Shown: positions 42,698 through 54,664 of the stretch, one piece after another | How the letters are laid out: each line of letters begins with the position of its first letter | Position numbering within the stretch: position 1 is the stretch's first letter | NCBI GenBank assembly: GCA_964016885.1 | Contig: OZ024753.1 | Span: 25,854,001 to 25,918,000, forward strand | Reading direction: 5' to 3' | DNA: 64,000 bases | DNA from: Eledone cirrhosa | Taxonomy: Eukaryota | The notes under the pieces: model-generated | What the model was told of the DNA's origin: nothing | Seen by the model: only the letters and a program-made list of their open reading frames with translations | The model's database searches: none | Position numbers and translations under genes: made by a program

Positions 42698-43109
42698 GTT
42701 ATTCTAAGTAACAGCATCTGTTCTGAGATAGTCTGTAGTATGAGGGTGGAGGTAGCGGTGTGAATTTCGTGTGAATTTCTTTATGCAGGTGTAGTGTATA
42801 GGTCTGAAGAATCCTGAAGTATTGAGGGGGGGTATTTCTTTGGTGTCGCCTCCTATTTTACACAGGCTATTCTCTGCCATCTTTACTAATGTCCATTCAT
42901 TATTCGCCATTGTTGCCACTATTATCATTATTTACACCTATTCTACTGGCAATTATTTTCTATTCTATCACTATTGATGAAAAATGGTTTTAAAATATTT
43001 ATCCAATCGTCTATAGAAACAGACATAGACACGCGTTCACATATAAATATATATCGTAGTCTGTCAGTCTGTATGTCATTCACTGCATCTCTCTCCCTCT
43101 CCTAAATAC

Positions 43110-43110
43110 G

Positions 43111-43141
<31 letters not shown>

Positions 43142-43277
43142 ATATATATATTATATATATATTATATATATATTATATATATATTATATATATATTATAT
43201 ATATATTATATATATATTATATATTATATATATATTATATATGTATTATATATTATATATATATATTATATATATAT

Positions 43278-43323
<46 letters not shown>

Positions 43324-43628
43324 ATTATATATATATATTATATATATATATATTATATATATATATTATATATATATATTATATATATATATATTATATA
43401 TATATATTATATATATATATATATATATACATATATATTATATATATATATATTACATATATATTATATATATATATATTATATATATATATACATATAT
43501 ATTATATATATATATATTATATATATATATACATATATATATTATATATACATATATATTATATATATATATATTATATATATTATATATACATATATAT
43601 TATATATATATTATATATATATATATAG

Positions 43629-43662
<34 letters not shown>

Positions 43663-44274
43663 TATATATAAATATACATATATATTATATATATATATAC
43701 ATATATATTATATATATATATATACATATATATTATATATATATATACATATATATTATATATATATATACATATATATTATATATATATATACATATAT
43801 ATTATATATATATATACATATATATTATATATATATATACATATATATTATATATATATATACATATATATTATATATATATATACATATATATTATATA
43901 TATATATACATATATATTATATATATATATTATATATATATATATACATATATATTATATATATATATTATATATATATATATACATATATATTATATAT
44001 ATATATTATATATATATATATACATATATATTATATATATATAGTGTATATATATATATATATTATATATATATATACACATATATATTATATATATATA
44101 TATATTATATATATATATATTATATATATATATTATATATATATATATTATATATATATATTATATATTATATATATATATATTATATATATATATATAC
44201 ATATATATTATATATATATATATTATATATATTATATATATAGATATATTATATATAGATATATCATATATAGA
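43110..44274. repeat. (TA)n/TATATTA microsatellite
   Basis: Direct reading. Confidence 0.97.
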
Positions 44275-44455
44275 TTGGCAGTATCGGTAGAGGGTCGGAC
44301 GCCATGCTTTCCAACATAGTTATGTCCCTTTACGATCTGTGTTCAAATCCCGCCGAGGTTGACTTTGCCTTTCATCCTTACGGGGTCGATAAAATAAAGT
44401 ACCAGTAATGCACTGGGTAATTTGCTGGCCTTGTGCCTAAAGTAGAAACAATTAT
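44275..44455 (+). mobile_element. tRNA-derived SINE
   Basis: Pol III box A-like TGGCAGTATCGG, box B GTTCAAATCC (44341), and central GCCTTTCATCCTTACGGGGTCGATAAAATAAAGTACCAG resembling conserved metazoan SINE core domains. 3' end recurs at 42654. Confidence 0.85.
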
Positions 44456-44654
44456 ATATATAGATATATCATATATAGATATATTATATATATAGATATA
44501 GATATATTATATATAGATATATTATATATAGATATATTATATATAGATATATCATATATAGATATATTATATATATATAGATATATCATATATAGATATA
44601 TTATATATATATAGATATATTATATATAGATATATTATATATATATATATATAT

Positions 44655-44688
<34 letters not shown>

Positions 44689-45760
44689 ATATTATATATA
44701 TATATTATATATATATATTATATATATTATATTATATATATATATTATATATAAATATTATATATATATATTATATATAAATATTATATATATATATTAT
44801 ATATATTATATATATTATATTATATATAAATATTATATATAAATATTATATATATATATTATATATATATTATATATATATATTATATATATATTATATA
44901 TATATTATATATATATATTATATATATAAATTATATATATATATTATATATATATATATTATATATATTATATATATTATATATATTATATTATATATAT
45001 ATATTATATATATATATTATATATATATTATATATATATATTCTATATATTATATTAGATATATATATTATATATAAATATTATATATATATATTATATA
45101 TATTATATATATATATTATATATAAATATTATATATATATATTATATATATTATATATATATATTATATATAAATATTATATATATATATTATAAATATT
45201 ATATATATATATTATATATATTATATATATATATTATAAATATTATATATATATATTATATATATTATATATATATATTATATATATATATTATATATAA
45301 ATATTATATATATATATTATATATATTATATATAATATATTATATATATTATATTATATATATATTATATATATTATATATAATATATTATATATATTAT
45401 ATTATATATATATTATATTATATTATATAATATATATATATTATATTATATATATTATATATATTATATAATATATATATATAATATAATATATACATGT
45501 AATATATATATATATAATATATATATAATATAATATATATATATAATATAATATATATTATATATAATATATATTATATATATATATACATATATATTAT
45601 ATATATATTATATATATTATATATATATATACATATATATTATATATATATATATATTATATATATATTATATATATTATATATATATTATATATATTAT
45701 ATATATATTATATATATATTATATATATTATATATATATTATATATATATATATTATATA
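44456..45760. repeat. (TA)n-rich microsatellite
   Basis: Direct reading. Confidence 0.97.
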
Positions 45761-45774
45761 ACCAACCAAACCCC

Positions 45775-45834
45775 TTTTATAGATCTGACGAATCCTACGG
45801 TTACGTAAGTAAGAAACATTGTAAGCCAATAAAA
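45775..45834 (+). ncRNA. Degenerate hammerhead ribozyme in an isolated ~110-bp pLTR-like remnant
   Basis: CTGACGA-(tacg gtta cgta)-GAAACATTGTA-agccAATAAA, same layout as 59118-59175. Stems I and II partly decayed. Confidence 0.55.
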
Positions 45835-45869
45835 ATCTTTTGATGTTGTAGACGATCTTGTGTTCTTTA

Positions 45870-46456
45870 TCATATATATTATATATATATATATTATATA
45901 TATTATATATATATATATATAATATATATATATTATATATATATATTATATATATATATATTATATATATATATTATATATATATATTATATATATATAT
46001 TATATATATATATTATATATATATATCTTATATATATATATCTTATATATATATATTATATATATATATATTATATATATATATTATATATCTATATTAT
46101 ACATATATATTATATATATATATTATATATATATATATATATATATTATATATTATATTATATATATATTATATTATATATTATATTATATATATATTAT
46201 ATTATATATATATTATATTATATATATATTATATTATATTATATTATATATATATATTATATTATATATATATTATATTATATATATATTATATTATATA
46301 TATATATTATATTATATATATATTATATTATATATATATTATATTATATATATATTATATTATATATATATTATATTATATATATATATTATATATATAT
46401 ATATATATTATATATATATATACATATATATTATATATATATATTATATATATATA
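45870..46456. repeat. (TA)n-rich microsatellite
   Basis: Direct reading. Confidence 0.97.
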
Positions 46457-46668
46457 ATTAAGTTAAAGTGTACATCTACATATGTATACGGAAGTATTAG
46501 TATGCATATAAATACACATATGTATACATATGTACATGTACCGAGCTTTTCACTAGACACTTTGCAGTGAGTGTCCAGCTAGTCTGTATGTGAACACACA
46601 GACGAACCGGGTTTTAAAGTCATACGGGTTTTCAAGGAAACACACTTTCTCCAGAGAGCCAGACAGGA

Positions 46669-46711
46669 ATATTGGACTAGTTTCGATGTTATTACATCTC
46701 ATCAGCAATAT
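46669..46711 (-). ncRNA. Type I hammerhead ribozyme (inverted copy)
   Basis: Reverse complement of 46995-47037, core intact. Confidence 0.9.
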
Positions 46712-46887
46712 ATACCTATCTTCTGGCTTCTCCGGAGAATTGTAAAAGCACATATCGTTATATGCTTTTTTTACGCGCCGGTTCAGCGGAAACGATAAAA
46801 ACAAATAACGAAACGAAATTAAATTTCGTTTCGCTTCTAACTCACTTTTGTATGACTGACGCTTAAACAATTAACCGGCCCGTACAA

Positions 46888-46948
46888 TGACTCACGTTCT
46901 ATGCAAATTAGTCTGCCCACTACTGATTTTCATAGAAAAAGCATATAA
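46888..46948 (+). promoter_or_regulatory. Putative promoter cassette upstream of the HHR
   Basis: AP-1 TGACTCA at 46888, octamer ATGCAAAT at 46901, TATA-like CATATAA at ~46942. Confidence 0.4.
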
Positions 46949-46994
46949 CGATATGTGCTTTTACAATTCTCCGGAGAAGCCAGAAGATAGGTAT

Positions 46995-47037
46995 ATATTG
47001 CTGATGAGATGTAATAACATCGAAACTAGTCCAATAT
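46995..47037 (+). ncRNA. Type I hammerhead ribozyme
   Basis: ATATTG-CTGATGA-GATGT[aata]ACATC-GAAACTAGTC-CAATAT. Palindromic stem III ACTAGT, GUC cleavage triplet, long stem I extension (TTCTCCGGAGAAGCCAGA..TCTGGCTCTCTGGAGAA). Confidence 0.92.
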
Positions 47038-47330
47038 TCCTGTCTGGCTCTCTGGAGAATGGAGGAAGTGTGTTTCCTTGAAAACCCGTATGACTTTAAA
47101 ACCCGGTTCGTCTGTGTGTTTACATACAGACTAGCTGGACACTCACTGCAAAGTGTCTGGTGAAAAGCTCGGTACATGTACATATGTATACATATGTGTA
47201 TTTATATGCATACTAATACTTCCGTATACATATGTAGATGTACACTTTAACTTAATTGTTTAAGCGTCAGTCATACAAAAGTGAGTTAGAAGCGAAACGA
47301 AATTTAATTTCGTTCGTTATTTGTTTTTAT

Positions 47331-47418
47331 ATATATATACATATATATTATATATATATATATATTATATATATATATATATTATATATATATATATATA
47401 TTATATATATATATTATA

Positions 47419-47465
<47 letters not shown>

Positions 47466-47709
47466 ATATATCATATATATATATTTAATATATATATATA
47501 TTATATATATATATATATCATATATATATATATATATTATATATATATATATATATATTACATATATATATATATATTATATATATATATATATATTATA
47601 TATATATATATTATATATATATATATAAATTATATATATGCATATATATTACATATATTGTATATATATATATAATATATATATATATGCATATATATTA
47701 CATATATTG

Positions 47710-47741
<32 letters not shown>

Positions 47742-47743
47742 AT

Positions 47744-47775
<32 letters not shown>

Positions 47776-47805
47776 ATTATATATATTATATATATATATA
47801 TATAT

Positions 47806-47862
<57 letters not shown>

Positions 47863-47868
47863 ATATAT

Positions 47869-47952
<84 letters not shown>

Positions 47953-48026
47953 ATATATTATATATATATATATATTATATATATATATATTATATATATA
48001 TATATATATTATATATATATATATAT

Positions 48027-48060
<34 letters not shown>

Positions 48061-48479
48061 ATATATTATATATATATATATATTATATATATATATATAT
48101 TATATATATATATATATTATATATATATATTATATATATATATATATTATATATATATATATATTATATATATATATATATTATATATATATATTATATA
48201 TATATATATATTATATATATATATATATTATATATATATATATTATATATATATATATTATATATATATATATATTATATATATATATATATTATATATA
48301 TATATATTATATATATATATATTATATATATATATATATATTATATATATATATGTATTATATATATATATTATATATATATATGTATTATATATATATA
48401 TTATATATATATATATGTATTATATATATATATTATATATATATATATATGTATTATATATATATATTGTATATTATAT
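47331..48479. repeat. (TA)n-rich microsatellite
   Basis: Direct reading. Confidence 0.97.
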
Positions 48480-48514
48480 GATATTAAATAAATGGTAACT
48501 ATATTTATAAAACC

Positions 48515-48591
48515 ATATTTATTTCATTATATATATTTCAGGGATATCATATTAAAAATATGGTATGCCTTCTTCAGACAAAATACAATAT
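48515..48591 (-). ncRNA. Type I hammerhead ribozyme (intact core)
   Basis: Minus strand: tattttgt-CTGAAGA-aggcataccatat[tttta]atatgatatccct-GAAA-tatata-TA-atgaaata. Confidence 0.7.
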
Positions 48592-48727
48592 AAACAGTCT
48601 TATAAATAGATAGATTTGACATACCTTTCAACTTCAACTTCCATTTAAAAAGTTGATTTAAAAGTTGATTTTAAATGGAAGTTGAAGTTGAAAGGTATGT
48701 CAAATCTATCTATTTATAAGACTGTTT

Positions 48728-48804
48728 ATATTGTATTTTGTCTGAAGAAGGCATACCATATTTTTAATATGATATCCCTCAAATATATATAATGAAATAA
48801 ATAT
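48728..48804 (+). ncRNA. Hammerhead copy with core mutation GAAA>CAAA (48780), probably inactive
   Basis: Mirror arm of 48515-48591. Confidence 0.55.
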
Positions 48805-49414
48805 GGTTTTATAAATATAGTTTCCATTTATTTAATATCGTAAATATACTCCAAATACTTGTTGAGTGCTTTTATATCAGTTATAAATATTTACTCGTTG
48901 TAACCCAACAATTTAAATAAAACTTTGCATATGTATATTATATATATATATATGTATATTATATATATGTATATTATATATATGTATATTATATATATAT
49001 ATGTATATTATATATATGTATATTATATATATATGTATATTATATATATATATGTATATTATATATATGTATATTATATATATATATGTATATTATATAT
49101 ATATTATATATATATATGTATATTATATATATATATGTATATTATATATGTATATTATATAAATGAGAGGTATAGAGATTGTTTTAGCAAGAAGCTAACG
49201 GCATTCTAGAACATATATGCGACTATAACGTCAAGGTGGGAAAAGTAGTTAACGAAAGATTTAGGAAAAATAACTCAAACTCATCTCAAAAGAGAATCAG
49301 GATATAAATTCATCCACAGAATTTAGTAAAATCCAGGGAAAAATCTATAGACCTTTAACTCATGATAAAATAAAGTTTGAAACACTTATCCTTCAATTTG
49401 GAATAACATCAAAT

Positions 49415-49495
49415 GCTCTGTATAGTCTTAAAAGACTATTTCATGAAAACTTTCAGTGGAGATGGTCACGGTTGGATTTCATTCATCAGCAGAGC
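49415..49495 (-). ncRNA. Type I hammerhead ribozyme with stable stem III
   Basis: Minus strand: GCTCTG-CTGATGA-ATGAAA[28-nt loop]TTTCAT-GAA-ATAGTCTT[tt]AAGACTAT-A-CAGAGC. Confidence 0.92.
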
Positions 49496-50043
49496 TCAAC
49501 AGAAACCAGGGCTCTCACAGTAATATAATCCGAAAAAGGGAATTCTAAAACTGGCTAGTTCGCCTTCATGTGTAATTATGAAAAAGCACATGAGGAAAAA
49601 ACGGGGCTAGTGACGTCAGGATGGAAGTGAATGTTTATTTACAAGAAATAGCAGTCAAATACATTCTGAAAAAAACTCTACAAAAGGAGTTCAGCAAAAT
49701 AGCAATAATTATCACAGTTTTTATGAAAAAAACCGGGATTAGTCACAGATAGTTTAAGCACTCTAGGAAAAGAATCCGAGTATAAATATAAATGAGAGGT
49801 ATAGAAATTGTTTTAGCAAGAAACTAACGGCATTCTATAACATATATGCGACTATAACGTCAAGGTGGGAAAAGTAGTTAACGAAAGATTTAGGAAAAAT
49901 AACTTAAACTCATCTCAAAAGAGAATCAGGATATAAATTCATCCACAGAATTTAGTAAAATCCAGGGAAAAATCTGTAGACCTTTAACTCATGATAAAAT
50001 AAAGTTTGAAACACTTATCCTTCAATTTGGAATAACATCAAAT

Positions 50044-50124
50044 GCTCTGTATAGTCTTAAAAGACTATTTCATGAAAACTTTCAGTGGAGATGGTCACGG
50101 TTGGATTTCATTCATCAGCAGAGC
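50044..50124 (-). ncRNA. Type I hammerhead ribozyme, second copy
   Basis: Same sequence as 49415-49495, offset 629 bp. Confidence 0.92.
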
Positions 50125-50226
50125 TCAACAGAAACCAGGGCTCTCACAGTAATATAATCCGAAAAAGGGATATTATATATATATACGTATATTATATATA
50201 TATGTATATTATATATATATGTATAT

Positions 50227-50257
<31 letters not shown>

Positions 50258-50469
50258 TATATATATTTCGTTTCTGAATTTGTTTAGCAAGATTCTTTAT
50301 CTGAAATCGTGTGTTGAAACCGATATTGTTATACTTTGGGAGGGTCATGTTGCCAATAAGAAACACACGCACCAGTTGCTTTCACTTCAATTTATTATAA
50401 TAAATTTATAAATTTATAAATTTCTGGTTGGTTGGTTGGTTCTACAACCAGATAGTTGTTTATATATAG

Positions 50470-50630
50470 TCATAGTGCTACATTTCTAGTTTTACAGTTA
50501 ATAAGGGGGCTTATTTTACAGGTTATACATTTCTTATCTATACATGAGGGTCTCTGAAAAGGATATGTCTTGCTAATAAGTGTTTTTACGGAGGTACCTG
50601 GTCTTTCTACTATCTCACTATTAAGATAGT
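50470..50630 (-). pseudogene. Fragment of PLE Cys-rich linker just before a GIY-YIG domain
   Basis: IVERPGTSVKTLISKTYPFQRPSCIDKKCITCKISPLINCKTRNV; Cys spacing parallels CNDNRCGTC..CKSRNLIY in the 54665 ORF. Confidence 0.6.
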
Positions 50631-50928
50631 TTTTATGAAAGATGGGTGAAATTGGCGAGAATGGCCCGTGTGAATGGGCCTTCACTCTACATCAGACTAT
50701 AGGTGAGGAAGATGAAAGACCAAGGGAGCACCCCTACTCTGCACACTTTTTTTCGCGGGTGTGTGCGACCCCCCAAGGCGCCTCCTCTCTATTGAGAACT
50801 TTGTTATAAATTTTATTTTTTGTTATATTTTATTTTATTTTTATATATTGTTATTGCCTCCTCCTTATAAAGGACGCCTTGTTTTGTAAACTCCCCCCCT
50901 TTTGATGTGCTGGTTGCAAATAAAAGAA

Positions 50929-50930
<2 letters not shown>
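50630..50930 (+). mobile_element. 3' fragment of the same L1/Tx1-type LINE family
   Basis: Diverged copy of 37934-38276, ending AATAAAAGAAA before (CA)/(TA)n. Confidence 0.92.
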
Positions 50931-53320
<2,390 letters not shown>

Positions 53321-54046
53321 CTATATTGCAGCATATTCATCGAGAAATAATTGTTTCTGCTGCCATACCTTTCTTGATTTGTTTTCTTCTTTTGAGATAT
53401 CTCCGATCCATAGTTCTCGTAGTTTTTCAGCTATAATACCAGTCGTTAGCTTTGAAATTTCAACTTCAATTTGGTCATCAATAGCTTCATATTTGGCTTT
53501 GTAGCGGGATTGTTTACATTCAGAAATGGAGATGTCGGTCCTGAATTTTGTCAATGTAAGTTCCCATCGGAGTTTTGTTTCTTCTTCTGGTTCTCCTGCA
53601 ATTTCTGTAATTAGGTATTTACGAGGGAGTATGGGTGCCGTTAGAGAGAGCCATTTCGAATGTGTTTCGACATATTTTTCGCATCTGTATGCTTTCCAGA
53701 AATTTTGTTTTCTTATGTTAAGGAATTTTTTCCATGTCTTCCACATTTCTTTTCTTATTCGATGTGTTTTGTTTTCCAAATTTCTTTCGTTTATTTCTGA
53801 CATCCAAGGGGGTTGTGGTAGGCTTTCTCTTGTATCTTTGATAACTGTTGGTATAATTTCAGCTAAATTCTTAATTTCAGAGTTTATATGTTCAGTTATA
53901 AGTTTTCCGTCTGTAGATTGTTTTTCTATTTCCTTTAAAATAGAGGATTGTGTGTCCATCATCGTGATAAGTGTTGATAATTTCGATGATATCTCCTTTA
54001 GAATTCTTTCTGATTCTGTTGGTTTCATTTGTTGCTTTCCAGACAT
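53321..54046 (-). CDS. Putative PLE ORF1, N-terminal part (helical/coiled-coil, K/E-rich), probably 3'-truncated at (TA)n
   Basis: 241 open codons of complex sequence. Start context GCCAACATGT. Lies directly downstream of TATA/Inr and the HHR. Confidence 0.7.
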   Translation of the reverse strand: MSGKQQMKPTESERILKEISSKLSTLITMMDTQSSILKEIEKQSTDGKLITEHINSEIKNLAEIIPTVIKDTRESLPQPPWMSEINERNLENKTHRIRKEMWKTWKKFLNIRKQNFWKAYRCEKYVETHSKWLSLTAPILPRKYLITEIAGEPEEETKLRWELTLTKFRTDISISECKQSRYKAKYEAIDDQIEVEISKLTTGIIAEKLRELWIGDISKEENKSRKVWQQKQLFLDEYAAI

Positions 54047-54250
54047 GTTGGCATATACACAATAGGAATATATATATAGATATAGATAGGTAAATATACA
54101 CGGGTGTGTATGATTGTGTATAGAAGATTATATTAATAAGAGGAATTCCAACTTTGTCTGATTTACTCGTTTTATTTACAATCCTTTAAAATATATATAA
54201 TGGTATTATAATGAAATAGTATGATAGAATATTAAATTCTAAGTGTTAAT

Positions 54251-54289
54251 TGAACAAGTACTTTCATGCTTTCGCAATCTTCAGGTTCA
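54251..54289 (-). ncRNA. Minimal type I hammerhead ribozyme of the PLE pLTR
   Basis: Minus strand: TGAAC-CTGAAGA-tTGC[gaaa]GCAt-GAAAGTACTT-GTTCA; palindromic stem III AGTACT. Confidence 0.85.
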
Positions 54290-54324
54290 TGATATGTGGT
54301 GACAGTCGAGTTTGCAATTTTCAA

Positions 54325-54500
54325 CTGTAATGAGATGGGTAAATTTCCTACCTTTTATACATTTTATACAGAGAAAAGTGGCTCCAGAATGCAAAGCCCT
54401 GTAAACTGTATTTCGACCAATCAGTGTGTAGTTTCACTGAATTACTACAGCTGATTGGTTTAAGCGTCACGGCTGGTTGAGCATGCTAACGACCAATAGT
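54325..54500 (-). promoter_or_regulatory. Pol II promoter of the pLTR
   Basis: CCAAT boxes at 54417, 54454 (minus) and 54493. TATAAAA at 54359-54353. Inr-like TCATT with A at 54331, 28 nt from the TATA start. Confidence 0.65.
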
Positions 54501-54664
54501 CATATCCAACGTATCAATTGTTTTGCTTTTTTGAAATGATGAAAATAGCATTTTCTATTAATCATCACCATCAACATCACTTTTATTATTATTATTATTG
54601 TTGTTGTTGTTGTTGTTAGTGGTCGTGGTCATAGTGGTAGTAGAAGTAATACCCCTAGGCGTTA

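Larger units (their letters stand above)
46457..47330. mobile_element. Non-coding retrozyme-like element (family B): two inverted, circularly permuted copies of a ~470-nt unit
   Basis: 46457-46771 is the reverse complement of ~46935-47256; 46795-46873 is the reverse complement of ~47252-47330. Each arm carries an HHR. Flanked by (TA)n. Confidence 0.85.
48480..48930. mobile_element. Family A HHR element as a long palindrome (~170-bp arms, 48480-48650 and 48669-48839) plus 3' tail
   Basis: Near-perfect inverted arms; tail homologous to 33888-34049. Confidence 0.85.
49158..50170 (-). mobile_element. Retrozyme-like non-autonomous element (family C): partial tandem, 629-bp period, ~385-bp direct repeats
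   Basis: 49158-49541 nearly identical to 49787-50170. Each repeat contains a full HHR. No credible ORF. (TA)n flanks. Confidence 0.88.

Noticed and set aside
44275-44352. tRNA gene
   Set aside because: Box A and B are present but there is no cloverleaf, and the sequence continues into a SINE body whose 3' end recurs elsewhere.
46553-47183. Duplicated small ORFs (KAYNDMCFYNSPEKPEDRY..)
   Set aside because: By-products of the inverted repeat. They cross the ribozyme and differ at both ends.
50268-50460. Short unique island with AT palindromes and (TTGG)n
   Set aside because: Probably a repeat fragment, but no motif allows an assignment.
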